DNA from: Candidatus Limnocylindrus sp. | GTDB taxonomy: Bacteria > Chloroflexota > Limnocylindria > Limnocylindrales > Limnocylindraceae | DNA length: 64,000 nucleotides | Assembly (NCBI GenBank): GCA_040397175.1 | Contig: JBBAWM010000003.1 | Location: forward strand, 1-64,000 | Direction: 5' to 3' | Shown: positions 1 through 10,394 of the stretch, piece after piece | How the letters are laid out: every line of letters starts with the position of its first letter | How positions within the stretch are numbered: position 1 is the stretch's first letter | Program-made: the position numbers and the translations under genes | The notes under the pieces: generated by a model | Told to the model about the DNA's origin: nothing | The model's database searches: none | The model's input: only the letters and a program-made list of their open reading frames with translations

Positions 1-67
1 TCCACGAGGCGATCCAGGTCGCTGGAACCGTGATCTTGACGCCGCGTGCGGCGTTGCGTGTTGCCAT
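1..67 (-). CDS. 5' end of a gene running off the window (MATRNAARGVKITVPATWIASW...), product unknown
   Basis: ATG at 67 preceded by a strong SD (GGGGAGGAacaacATG); frame is open to the window edge. Confidence 0.6.
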   Translation of the reverse strand, partial: MATRNAARGVKITVPATWIASW

Positions 68-213
68 GTTGTTCCTCCCCCTTTTCCGAGAGTACGGCGC
101 GAGCACGCCGTCACTTCGGTCAGCGAACAGGATGAGGGGTAACGGGGAGTTATGCCCTCCTTGGCGCGCTTGGTGCGTCGTGACGTGCCGTGGCAGGGGG
201 CTACGATGCAGGC

Positions 214-951
214 ATGCCACCAGCACGAAAACGGCCAGTTTCCGCACGAATCAGCCCGGCGCAGGCCTGGGTGAAGCAGCTCAAGCGGCGTCGCCCTGGG
301 GTGGTCGAGGACGCCCTATCAGGCCTCGCCACCCTCTACGGCACCCCAGCCTGGAAGCCGCGCATGGACCCGATCAGCGAGCTCGTCACCACGATCCTGA
401 GCCAGAACACCAGCGATACGAATGCCGAACGCGCCTTTACGGCACTCCGCACGCGCTATCCAGATTGGGCGGCAGTTGAGGCGGCACCGGTGCGCTCGCT
501 TGCCGCAGTCATCAAAAGTGGCGGGCTTGCCGCGCAGAAGGCGCCGCGCATCAAGGCGGCACTCCGCGCTACGCGCGAACAGAGCGGCTCGTATGACCTG
601 ACATTTCTTACGGCGATGGAGCCGCTGGCCGCACGAGACTGGCTCACCGCCATCCCAGGGATCGGCCCAAAGACCGCGTCGATCGTGATGCTCTTCTGTT
701 TTGGCGTGCCGCTGATGCCGGTCGACACGCACGTGGAGCGCGTCTCCAAGCGGATCGGCCTTCTACCGCCAAAGGCCAGCCTGCAGTTCGCGCATGACGC
801 TTGGCTTGATCTGGTGGAACCGTCGCGCATGTACGAGGCGCACGTCGCCCTCATTCGTCATGGTCGAGGGCACTGCGATGCGCTCCGTCCAGATTGCGAG
901 CGCTGTCCGATTCGCGCGCGCTGTCGCTACGTTGAAAAGCGCGCGCCGTAG
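214..951 (+). CDS. nth: Endonuclease III / HhH-GPD DNA glycosylase with 4Fe-4S cluster
   Basis: ILSQNTSD, HhH motif IPGIGPKTA, PVDTHV, C-terminal CDALRPDCERCPIRARC; TACGAT-6nt-ATG supports the start at 214. Confidence 0.9.
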   Translation: MPPARKRPVSARISPAQAWVKQLKRRRPGVVEDALSGLATLYGTPAWKPRMDPISELVTTILSQNTSDTNAERAFTALRTRYPDWAAVEAAPVRSLAAVIKSGGLAAQKAPRIKAALRATREQSGSYDLTFLTAMEPLAARDWLTAIPGIGPKTASIVMLFCFGVPLMPVDTHVERVSKRIGLLPPKASLQFAHDAWLDLVEPSRMYEAHVALIRHGRGHCDALRPDCERCPIRARCRYVEKRAP

Positions 952-964
952 CGCGTTACGAGTT

Positions 965-1606
965 CTAGCGCGCGTCGCTGCGGTGTGCGCTCACTTGTGA
1001 CCAGGGTGCGCTTCTAAAGTCGAGACCACCAGGCTCGCCCGACATACGTGTGCCAAGGCCGAGCACTTCGACTGCAGCTCCGGTTGGTAGCGCCAGCCGT
1101 GGACCACCGTTCGGTAGCGCTGCATCGGCAAGGTCAGCGAGTCGCTCATCGTTGCCACCAGTTGCGTGCGCCAGAATGCTCCACGCGCCGAGTGCACCGA
1201 TTCCGTTGATGACGCGAATCGGGTGACCACCACAGGTGCACGAAGCGGCGCGCCGACCGAGCGCCATCGCCGACGCAGAGTCGGCAATGATCGTGAGATG
1301 CGACAGCGTGATGGCCTTCGTCAGTTCGCGAACCCGCTCTGGTTGATCAAGGAGACCTGTGGCGTCGCCGCCGCAGAGGAAGAGCGTTGCGGGTTCCGCC
1401 GGCTCCTGCGGCAGATGGCTGATGAGGGTTGCCTCACGGCCAACCGCAGCGAGGAGCTGCTGGAGGGAGCGGGCCTGCCGATCGTCGTCGGAGGCGATCG
1501 AGGCGAGCAGCAGGGGGCCAGGCTGTGCGGCGAGCCAGTGCAGCGCCTCGGGCCATGCGTGGGCCGAGCGTCCGAGTCCGCCGCCAGAGAGGTAAAGAGT
1601 TGCCAT
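965..1606 (-). CDS. Peptidase S51/cyanophycinase-like class I glutamine amidotransferase-fold protein
   Basis: LFLCGGD and ADSASAMALG (GxSAGA-like elbow), ILAH; TAGGAT-6nt-ATG start. Confidence 0.55.
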   Translation of the reverse strand: MATLYLSGGGLGRSAHAWPEALHWLAAQPGPLLLASIASDDDRQARSLQQLLAAVGREATLISHLPQEPAEPATLFLCGGDATGLLDQPERVRELTKAITLSHLTIIADSASAMALGRRAASCTCGGHPIRVINGIGALGAWSILAHATGGNDERLADLADAALPNGGPRLALPTGAAVEVLGLGTRMSGEPGGLDFRSAPWSQVSAHRSDAR

Positions 1607-1643
1607 GCAGTGATCCTACTGGGGGCTGCGCCATACTTACGGC

Positions 1644-2711
1644 ATGACGGCAGAAACGGCTCCAGGAAGAATCGTCCTTATTGGTTCGGGCGAGATCGGC
1701 CCATCCATGGCCCCACTGCACCGCAGCCTGGTCGCCTCACTGCCGAAGCGCAGCACCCCATCGTCGCTCGTTGCCCTCGACGGCAGCTATGACTTTCAAA
1801 CGAACCGCGCCGAGATGGGCGAGAAGATCGCCGTCTTCTTCCGCTCCAAGGTTGGAATCCCAACCACCGTTATTGGCCTCCCAGAGACCGATCGGGCCGG
1901 CGCCGATCTTGCCCCGACAGCGCTTGCGCCGACAACCGCTGGTCTGAACGCGGCAGACCTGATCTTCTTGGGGCCAGGTTCCCCGTCGCGCGCGCTCCGG
2001 CGCTGGGGCGGAACGCCCATCGTTGAGCAGCTCGTTGCGCACATCCAGAACGGTGCCACGCTGATTGCATCGTCGGCGGCTGCGGCGGCATCGGGGCGAT
2101 TCACTATTCCGGTCTATGAGATCTACAAGGCGGGCACAAACCCGGTTTGGCTCGATGGCCTCGACATCGTGGGTGCACTCACCGGCCTCGCAGTTGCGAT
2201 CGTTCCCCATTGGAACAACAACGAGGGGGCGACGCACGACACATCGCGCTGCTTCATTGGCGAAGGCCGTCTGCAGCAGCTCGAGCGAACCCTGCCGGAC
2301 GGCGCCGCCATCCTCGGCATCGACGAACACTCTGCCCTCATCATTGATCTTGGAGCGAGCAGCGTCACGGTTGGCGGCAAGGGGGCCGTCACCATTCGCA
2401 TTCCAGGGATTGGCGAAACGGCGATGCACAGCGGCGCAACGGAATCACTGACCACCTTCGCCGCACGGTTCGGCGCCGCAGCCGGCTCGCCACGCACCGC
2501 CCTTCCAGCAATCGAAGCACCTCTTCCTGTGCCGACAACAGGCGCTGGATTAGATGTAAGTGGTGCCGTGGAGCAGATGATTGCGCTGCGGGCAACCGCC
2601 CGCGCCGAGCGCCGATTCAGCGATGCTGACGCGCTCCGCGCAGCGATCGAAGCACTTGGCGTTGACCTTGTCGATGAACCGACCGGCGCGCGCTGGAGTC
2701 TTCGCCCCTAG
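1644..2711 (+). CDS. Cyanophycinase/peptidase S51-like protein with C-terminal CysRS-like anticodon-binding domain
   Basis: LIGSGE, IFLGPGSP, IASSAAA, VPHWNN, LGIDEHSA; C-terminal RATARAERRFSDADALRAAIEALGVDLVDEPTGARW resembles the CysRS C-terminus. Confidence 0.7.
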   Translation: MTAETAPGRIVLIGSGEIGPSMAPLHRSLVASLPKRSTPSSLVALDGSYDFQTNRAEMGEKIAVFFRSKVGIPTTVIGLPETDRAGADLAPTALAPTTAGLNAADLIFLGPGSPSRALRRWGGTPIVEQLVAHIQNGATLIASSAAAAASGRFTIPVYEIYKAGTNPVWLDGLDIVGALTGLAVAIVPHWNNNEGATHDTSRCFIGEGRLQQLERTLPDGAAILGIDEHSALIIDLGASSVTVGGKGAVTIRIPGIGETAMHSGATESLTTFAARFGAAAGSPRTALPAIEAPLPVPTTGAGLDVSGAVEQMIALRATARAERRFSDADALRAAIEALGVDLVDEPTGARWSLRP

Positions 2712-2720
2712 CGAAAGCAA

Positions 2721-3503
2721 TCAATGGGGGAAGCGGGAACCAATCGCGCCAATTCGGCGCTGCAGCCCACTCGGCATCAGGCCGAGGAAGCGTGCTGAGA
2801 GCGCATTCATCCATCCTGGGACCACGAGGGCTCGGCCATCACGCAGTGCTTCAAGCGCGACGCGCGCAACCATGTCTGCAGAGGTCAGCATGAAGCTCGG
2901 CACACCAGAACTCTGGCTGAGGCCACCACGCTCTTGGAATCCTGTTGGCGTAAACCCGGGCGCCACACAGGTCACCTTCACGCCAAGCGGTTTGGCCTCT
3001 TCGTGGAGCGCCAACGTGAAGCTGCGCACATAGGCCTTGGTCGCGGCGTATGTAGAGAATCCCGGGAATGGCAGGAATGAGGCGAGCGACGCCACGTTCA
3101 GAATTCCGCCGCGCTTCCGTGGTGCCATGACAACGAGTGCGGCGCGCGAAAGCAGTGTCAGCGCGGTGATATTTACGGCGATCTCATTCGCTTCGCCTGC
3201 GCCATCTAGTTCGGTGAGCTTGCCGAACCGTCCGTAACCGGCGTTGTTCACCAGGATCTCAATCGGTCGATCGGTGTCCAAGATGCGGGCCTCGACCTTC
3301 GCCACATCGGCTCCCTGGGAGAGGTCGGCGACGATCGTTTCGCTTGCCGCGCCAGCGGCGGCGGCGAGGGCGGCGACCCGCGCCAGCTCATCGCCGCGGC
3401 GTGCCACGAGCACAAGGTCATGGCCGCTTGCTGCCAAGTGCAGGGCAATGCGCTCGCCGATGCCCGACGAGGCTCCCGTAATCAATGCGATTGGTCGTGC
3501 CAT
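2721..3503 (-). CDS. Short-chain dehydrogenase/reductase (SDR)
   Basis: TGASSGIG, NNAG, YAATK; start chosen at 3503 (CATACT-6nt-ATG). Confidence 0.9.
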   Translation of the reverse strand: MARPIALITGASSGIGERIALHLAASGHDLVLVARRGDELARVAALAAAAGAASETIVADLSQGADVAKVEARILDTDRPIEILVNNAGYGRFGKLTELDGAGEANEIAVNITALTLLSRAALVVMAPRKRGGILNVASLASFLPFPGFSTYAATKAYVRSFTLALHEEAKPLGVKVTCVAPGFTPTGFQERGGLSQSSGVPSFMLTSADMVARVALEALRDGRALVVPGWMNALSARFLGLMPSGLQRRIGAIGSRFPH

Positions 3504-3523
3504 TAGGGGAGTATGCTCTGCCC

Positions 3524-4036
3524 ATGGAACTTTTGCTTGACATCGTGGTCCGCACCATCGCGGTCTACCTCTTCCTCCTTGTCGGCCTCCGCCTTCTTGG
3601 TCGCGGCGAGGCGGCACAGCTCCGCACGATTGATCTGGTGCTGTTACTCGTGTTGGCAAATTCGCTGCAAAACGCCATGGTCGGCGCCGACACCAGTCTG
3701 GTAGGCGGCATCGTGGCGGCTGCCACACTCCTCATCCTTGCGCGACTCTTGCACATCATCGAGATGCGCTTCCCTCGACTTCGCCGCGGCATCGAAGGTG
3801 AACCGATCCTGTTGGCACGCAACGGGCGCACCCTTCGGCGGGGTCTCGCCCTGGCAAACATGACCACCGGAGACCTAGCGCTCGCGGCGCGACGCGTTGG
3901 CATCGGTGAGCTGACGCACATCAAGTTGGCGATCCTGGAGGCTGATGGCGAGGTCAGCGTGATTGGACGAACGACCGAGAAAACGCCCGCACGTCGTACG
4001 AGTCGAACGCGCACCGCAAAGCGCGCACGTAACTAA
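3524..4036 (+). CDS. DUF421/YetF family membrane protein
   Basis: Three N-terminal TM segments, EGEPILL, AILEADGEVSVI; TATGCT-6nt-ATG. Confidence 0.8.
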   Translation: MELLLDIVVRTIAVYLFLLVGLRLLGRGEAAQLRTIDLVLLLVLANSLQNAMVGADTSLVGGIVAAATLLILARLLHIIEMRFPRLRRGIEGEPILLARNGRTLRRGLALANMTTGDLALAARRVGIGELTHIKLAILEADGEVSVIGRTTEKTPARRTSRTRTAKRARN

Positions 4037-4051
4037 GCGCTGAACTGGGTT

Positions 4052-4128
4052 TGGTAGGGGGGCCTGGAATCGAACCAGGGACCGCCGAGATATAAGCTCG
4101 GAGCTCTAACCAACTGAGCTACCCCCCC
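4052..4128 (-). tRNA. tRNA-Ile with UAU anticodon
   Basis: Full cloverleaf: GGGGGGG TA GCTC AGTTGGTTA GAGC T CCGAG CTTATAT CTCGG CGGTC CCTGG TTCGATT CCAGG CCCCCCT A CCA; anticodon loop CT-TAT-AT; encoded CCA. Confidence 0.93.
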
Positions 4129-4190
4129 TTGGAGGACGTACCGCGATCGCGCCGTACTGCGCCAGTATGGGGTCAGATGGGCGGGTCGCG

Positions 4191-4838
4191 CTACCGCACC
4201 ACCAGGAGGATCTCAAGCGCCTCACGCTGGTCCCCGAGCGTGCAGACCACGGTGACCACCGTACTCGCAGCCTTCGCGCCGGCGAGCCAGGAGAGCGTCA
4301 CAGTGCCACGTTCAGGCATCTCCACCGGCTGTGGCGCATCACCTGTGCGCCCAATCAGTGGCACGCCGACCTCACACGCCGAGCCGTAGGCGGCACTGAT
4401 CTCAAGGTGAACGTCGGCGCCGCGCTTGACCACTGCGAGCGGCGCAACGGCGAGCGCCAGCGGCACACCGGTGTCGGGCGTTGGCGAGGCAATAAGGGTC
4501 GGCTCGGTTGATGGATCAGTCGATTGTCGCCAACCACCGCTACTTGGTGAGCACTGCTGAACGGCCAAGATGACGGCCAGAAGTATGAAGAGGCTGGTAA
4601 CGCACCCAATACCTCCGCCACCCTGCTCCTGGCTCCCCGTCGCGACATCATCGCCGCCGCCTGACGTCTCGGTGTAGGAGACGCCGCTCCCTGGAAGGCC
4701 GACGGTGCGGCGGACACCGCGTCGACCAACGGTGATGCGAGCACCGCGTACGCCACCGGAGAGTGAGAGCCCACCTTTACTAAGGTTGACGCTCAGCCCA
4801 GGGGCAATGCGGATGCGGCGAAAGAGGCGGAATCCCAT
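4191..4838 (-). CDS. DUF4236 domain-containing membrane protein
   Basis: N-terminal MGFRLFRRIRIAPGLSVNLSKGGLSLSGGVRGARITVG...GLPGSGVSY signature, followed by one TM segment. Confidence 0.8.
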   Translation of the reverse strand: MGFRLFRRIRIAPGLSVNLSKGGLSLSGGVRGARITVGRRGVRRTVGLPGSGVSYTETSGGGDDVATGSQEQGGGGIGCVTSLFILLAVILAVQQCSPSSGGWRQSTDPSTEPTLIASPTPDTGVPLALAVAPLAVVKRGADVHLEISAAYGSACEVGVPLIGRTGDAPQPVEMPERGTVTLSWLAGAKAASTVVTVVCTLGDQREALEILLVVR

Positions 4839-4881
4839 ACGCGCATCCTGACACGGGGCTCACTAAAAGGTGAGCCACCCT

Positions 4882-5688
4882 TCACTTTGGCGATAGGGCG
4901 AGTCCGAATGCACAACAGGCAAGTCCAACCGCGCTGATCTCCCAACCGCGTCGTCGGGTTTGCACCGATGGCCTCCAGCCGAGGCCAAGGCCAGTAACGA
5001 GGAGTGCCCCACCGATGAGCTGGGCGGGAACGTTCGCCGCACCGCTCAGGGCAATGATCAGCCATGCAGCACCATGCAAGGCCACCGCGGCGGCTCGTGC
5101 AGATCGCTCACCAATTCGTATAACAACACTGCGCATCCCGGCTGCAGCATCGAGGCTAAAGTCTGCAAGCGCATTCTGGAGTGCCAACGCACTCCCACCA
5201 GGGATCGCCGCGGCACTGAGCAGAAGGATGTGCAGCGAGGGTTCGCGGCTGGCCGCACTCCATGCAAAGAGTGGGATGAGTGCCACGCCAAGCGCAAATG
5301 GGAGGAACGATGCCCAGGTTCGTTTGATGCCCACGTCGTAGAGATAGCCCAACGTTGCACCCAGTGCCGCGATCTGCAGGCTGAGCGCCCCCAGCATGCT
5401 CGCCGCTCCGAGACCAAGCGCCGCACCTGTTGCGATCACGGTACGGGCCACACGCTCACTCACCTCGCCCGTCGCAAGCGGCTTCTCCGCTCGACCGTGA
5501 TCGGTACCGCGATCGAGCAGGTCGTTGAGTGCCCCGATTGAGGTGTGCACGCCGAGCATGGTGATCGCTGCCAGCGCCGCCTGGTCCCCCCTGCCACCAG
5601 CGACAAGGGTGAGTCCTGCCGCAACAGCTGCGTTCAGCGCCGTTGGGAGCGGGTGCGCGAGGCGAATCAATGCCGGGAGACTGCTCAT
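4882..5688 (-). CDS. UbiA family prenyltransferase
   Basis: NDLLDRGTD...EKPL Asp-rich motif, NALADFSLD, multiple TM helices. Confidence 0.85.
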   Translation of the reverse strand: MSSLPALIRLAHPLPTALNAAVAAGLTLVAGGRGDQAALAAITMLGVHTSIGALNDLLDRGTDHGRAEKPLATGEVSERVARTVIATGAALGLGAASMLGALSLQIAALGATLGYLYDVGIKRTWASFLPFALGVALIPLFAWSAASREPSLHILLLSAAAIPGGSALALQNALADFSLDAAAGMRSVVIRIGERSARAAAVALHGAAWLIIALSGAANVPAQLIGGALLVTGLGLGWRPSVQTRRRGWEISAVGLACCAFGLALSPK

Positions 5689-5725
5689 GCTGCGAGCCTA
5701 CCCCGAGAGCGGTAGGATTGCGAAC

Positions 5726-6730
5726 ATGGCACCCTCCCCTGCAATCGTCGTAACCGATCTCGTCAAGCGCTACAAGGGCGCGGACCGTAACGCCGTCGAT
5801 GGCGTCTCCTTCTCTGTGGAGCAAGGGTCCCTCTTCGCCCTTCTCGGGCCAAACGGCGCGGGGAAGACCACCACGATCAGCATCCTGACCACCACCCTCG
5901 CCGCAACGTCGGGGAGCGTGCAGATCGCCGGCGCCGACCTGGCGCAGGACCAGTCAGAGGTTCGCCGCCGCGTCGGCATCATCTTCCAGAAACCGTCCCT
6001 CGATCGCGCCCTGACCGGCGAGGAGAATTGCCGCTTCCACGCCGCCCTCTACGGCGCATACGCATATCGCCCATCGTTCTCGCTCATGCCTCAGGAGTAC
6101 CGTGACCGCGTCGTGGAGCTCGGCGCGCTCGTTGGGCTCGACCGCGATGACCTCTTCAAGAAGATCTCCAAGTATTCCGGTGGCATGCGCCGCAAGCTCG
6201 AGATCGCGCGCTCGCTTCTTCATAAGCCACAGGTGCTCTTCCTCGACGAGCCGACGGTGGGCCTTGACCCAGAGTCGCGCCGCTCGGTCGCCGGCTACCT
6301 CGACGCCATTCGTCGCAGCGAAGGCACCACGATGGTGCTCACCACGCACTACCTCGATGAGGTGGAGATCGCCGATCGGGTCTGCATCATTGACCGCGGC
6401 AAGATCGTGGCGAACGGCACACCCGCAGAACTTCGTGTCGGTACTGGCGTGACGCGCGTCGAACTGGAAGCCGCGGATCGTGTGGCCCTCGGCGCCGAGA
6501 TCGAGCGACTCGGCCACACCCCACAGGTAATCTCCGCCGGGTTCGCCGTCGAGGTGAAGGGTGCTGAGTCAGCTCACGCACTGCTCCGCGACCTGCAGAT
6601 GCCACTCACCCGATTCGAAGTGCGCAGTCCGAGCCTCGAAGATGCCTACCTCAAGATCGTTGCTGCGACCGCCGATGATCGCGAAGAGTCGCCGCTCGAC
6701 GACGCACCACGACGGGGGTTCCGCCGATGA
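5726..6730 (+). CDS. ABC-2 type exporter ATP-binding protein (DrrA-like)
   Basis: GPNGAGKT, YSGGM, LDEPT; TAGGAT-6nt-ATG at 5726. Confidence 0.9.
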   Translation: MAPSPAIVVTDLVKRYKGADRNAVDGVSFSVEQGSLFALLGPNGAGKTTTISILTTTLAATSGSVQIAGADLAQDQSEVRRRVGIIFQKPSLDRALTGEENCRFHAALYGAYAYRPSFSLMPQEYRDRVVELGALVGLDRDDLFKKISKYSGGMRRKLEIARSLLHKPQVLFLDEPTVGLDPESRRSVAGYLDAIRRSEGTTMVLTTHYLDEVEIADRVCIIDRGKIVANGTPAELRVGTGVTRVELEAADRVALGAEIERLGHTPQVISAGFAVEVKGAESAHALLRDLQMPLTRFEVRSPSLEDAYLKIVAATADDREESPLDDAPRRGFRR

Positions 6731-7539
6731 GCGCGCCAACAACCTACAGCGCCACTTCGCGATTCAGCCTTCGACGTGAGGCCGCCGCTGCTGCGGCGAT
6801 TGCCGCACGCGACGTCACCAAGCTGCTGCGTGATCCAATTCGCCTTGTTGGTGGGCTCGTCTTCCCTGCCCTCTTCATCGGTGTGCTGGGTGGGGCCTTC
6901 GCCTCGAACTTCAAGTCCCCGGGCATCGACCTGCTTCCGTTCATCTTTGCGGGGCAGCTCGCGCAGGGGGTGTGGCAGTCTTCGGCACTCGGTCTCGTCT
7001 CCATCCTTGAGGATCGCGAGAACGACTTCAGCCAGGAGATCTTCGTGGCGCCAATCGGCCGTCGGACCATCCTCGCCGGCAAGATCCTTGGCGAGTCGCT
7101 CGTCGCCTTCCCGCAGGCCTTCACCGTCATGGCCTTCGGCATCGTGCTTGGCATTCCGCTCACCCTGGCGCAGGTCTTCGCCATCATTCCGGCGCTCATC
7201 CTGGTCGCCCTCTTCGGTGCCTCGTTCGGCGCACTGATCGTGAGCCTGCTGCCAAACCAGCGCTCCGCAAACCTGCTCTTCCCGTTCATCTTCCTGCCGC
7301 AGTTCTTCCTCGCTGGCGCATTCAACCCAATCCGCAACCTGCCGTGGTACCTCGACATCGTTAGCCACATTGCGCCGCTTCGCTACGCCGTTGATCTCAT
7401 CCGTGGTGCCTACTACGGCTACCCAAACCCGGCGGTGCTTGGTGATCCATCGTGGACGGTTGGGGTCATCCTTGTTGCAACGGTCGTGATGCTCTCCGTG
7501 GGCACCTTCCTGTTTGTCCGCAGCGAGCGCAACCGCTAA
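6727..7539 (+). CDS. ABC-2 type exporter permease
   Basis: About 6 TM helices, ATGA overlap with the ATPase gene, PLRYAVDLIR. Confidence 0.88.
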   Translation: MSAPTTYSATSRFSLRREAAAAAAIAARDVTKLLRDPIRLVGGLVFPALFIGVLGGAFASNFKSPGIDLLPFIFAGQLAQGVWQSSALGLVSILEDRENDFSQEIFVAPIGRRTILAGKILGESLVAFPQAFTVMAFGIVLGIPLTLAQVFAIIPALILVALFGASFGALIVSLLPNQRSANLLFPFIFLPQFFLAGAFNPIRNLPWYLDIVSHIAPLRYAVDLIRGAYYGYPNPAVLGDPSWTVGVILVATVVMLSVGTFLFVRSERNR

Positions 7540-7685
7540 CCAATCCTTACCGCGCCGCTATGGCTCAGCGCGCCCCTTTGGATTACCTATTTCCATCGAA
7601 TAAGAACAGACTCGCCACAGCGGCACGAATCGCTTCGATTCGTTTGCGGATCGACGATCTAGGCCGAGAGCTGGAGGCAGTGCAT

Positions 7686-8240
7686 ATGCGCACAACTGCA
7701 TCACCTACCTGGTATCCGAAGGCGGTCGCCGTTGGCCGAATCCTGGTCGGAATCATCTTCCTGTGGGCGGGCCTAGAGAAGTTCATCGGTGGGGCTGGCG
7801 CCTTTACCGCCAAGGGTTTCTTGGCGTTTGGCACGAACGGCACACTCGGCTGGCCATTCGTGACCGGCGCCGTGGTTGAGGGAACGATCTACAACCCAAC
7901 GCATCAGTTCTGGCTTGACCTGTCAAAGAACGACGGGCTCATGAACATCGTAAACACGCTGGTACAGGTTGGACAGATTTCGATCGGCCTCGCGCTGATC
8001 CTTGGGATCGCAACGCGCTTCGCTTCAGTAATGGGGTCGCTGATGATGCTCTTCTTCTTCTTTGCCGCATGGGACTTCGCCTACGGCGTCGTGAACCAAC
8101 ACCTCACGTACGCCGTAGTGACGCTCGGGCTGGGCGTTATTGGGGCGGGGAACTACTACGGTCTTGACGCGGGCCTCGGTGGAAGCCTTCCAGCCGGCAT
8201 CCGCCGCTGGTTCGCCTCTGGGGACACCGTCGCCGCATAG
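7686..8240 (+). CDS. DoxX family membrane protein
   Basis: RILVGIIFLWAGLEK, IGLALILGIATRFA, GAGNYYGLD; SD GGAGG before the ATG at 7686. Confidence 0.8.
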   Translation: MRTTASPTWYPKAVAVGRILVGIIFLWAGLEKFIGGAGAFTAKGFLAFGTNGTLGWPFVTGAVVEGTIYNPTHQFWLDLSKNDGLMNIVNTLVQVGQISIGLALILGIATRFASVMGSLMMLFFFFAAWDFAYGVVNQHLTYAVVTLGLGVIGAGNYYGLDAGLGGSLPAGIRRWFASGDTVAA

Positions 8241-8263
8241 CGACCTGGTGTCCGTAAAGGCCG

Positions 8264-8305
8264 CGAGGGTCTGGTCGGCGAAAGCTGGCCAGGCCCTCGT
8301 TGTTT
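8264..8305 (+). terminator. Intrinsic terminator-like hairpin between convergent doxX and oppF
   Basis: CGAGGGTCTGGTCGGC-GAAA-GCTGGCCAGGCCCTCG followed by TTGTTT. Confidence 0.65.
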
Positions 8306-8328
8306 CGGGGACCTCGTTGTTGTTGGGC

Positions 8329-9326
8329 CTACGCCTTGTCGGGGAAGTGGCAGGCGACCTGATGGCCAGTCGACACCTGCACGAGCGCTGGTGACTCGGT
8401 GCTGCAGCGCTCCGGGTTGCTAAGCTTCTCCTTGAGCCAGCAGCGGGTCTGGAAGGCGCAGCCACTCGGCGGATTCGTTGGTGACGGCACATCGCCCTTC
8501 AAGATGATGCGCTTGCGCCTCTTCTCAATCGCCGGATCGGGAATCGGTACCGCAGAGAGGAGTGCGATCGAATACGGATGCACCGGCGCGCTGTTCAGCT
8601 CTGCGGAAGGTGCCACCTCCACAATCTTGCCGAGATACATCACCGCTGTGCGATCGCTGATGTGGCGCACCACCGAAAGGTCGTGTGCAATAAAGAGATA
8701 GGCAAGGCCCAGGCGCTGGCGCAGCTCACCGAGCAGGTTCAGGATCTGCGCCTGCACACTCACGTCAAGCGCACTCACCGGTTCGTCAGCTACCACCAGG
8801 TCGGGGTTTAGGGCAAGCGCACGTGCCACGCCAATGCGCTGGCGCTGACCGCCAGAGAACTCATGCGGGTAGCGCTCCGCAAAGCGCGGGTCAAGGCCGA
8901 CAAGCTCCAACAGTTCCGAAACTCGTTCTCGCCGCTCGCTGCTGGTACCAACGTTGTAGATGTCGGCCGGCTCACGCAGGATTGCACCTACCGTCATGCG
9001 CGGATTCAGCGAAGCGTATGGATCCTGGAAGATCATCTGCACACGGCGGCGAAGGTCGTGCAACTCTTTCCCCTCGGCGGTTGCAAGGTTGTGCCCGTCA
9101 AAATCAATGGTGCCGGCGCTCGGCTTCACCACGCGGGTGATTGCGCGCGCGACGGTGCTCTTGCCGCAGCCCGACTCACCAACAAGGCCAAGGATCTCCC
9201 CCTTCGCCACCTCAAACGAGACGCCATCAACGGCGCGTACCTCGGCCACGGTGCGCTCACGAATCAAGCCCTCACGAATGGGGAATCGCACCGCAAGATC
9301 TTTCACCGTCAACAGCGGCTCGCGGC

Positions 9327-9330
<4 letters not shown>
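8329..9330 (-). CDS. oppF: Oligo/dipeptide ABC transporter ATP-binding protein
   Basis: [32 protein letters not shown]-terminal oligo_HPY region. Confidence 0.92.

Positions 9331-10390
<1,060 letters not shown>

Positions 10391-10394
<4 letters not shown>

Noticed and set aside
4052-4838. tRNA next to a DUF4236 gene as a possible integration site or island
   Set aside because: No integrase, and I saw no duplicated tRNA 3' end in the window
7560-7685. Upstream in-frame ATG extending DoxX, or a structured RNA (hairpin ACGAATCG-CTT-CGATTCGT)
   Set aside because: A clear SD supports 7686; one hairpin alone does not match any riboswitch I recognise
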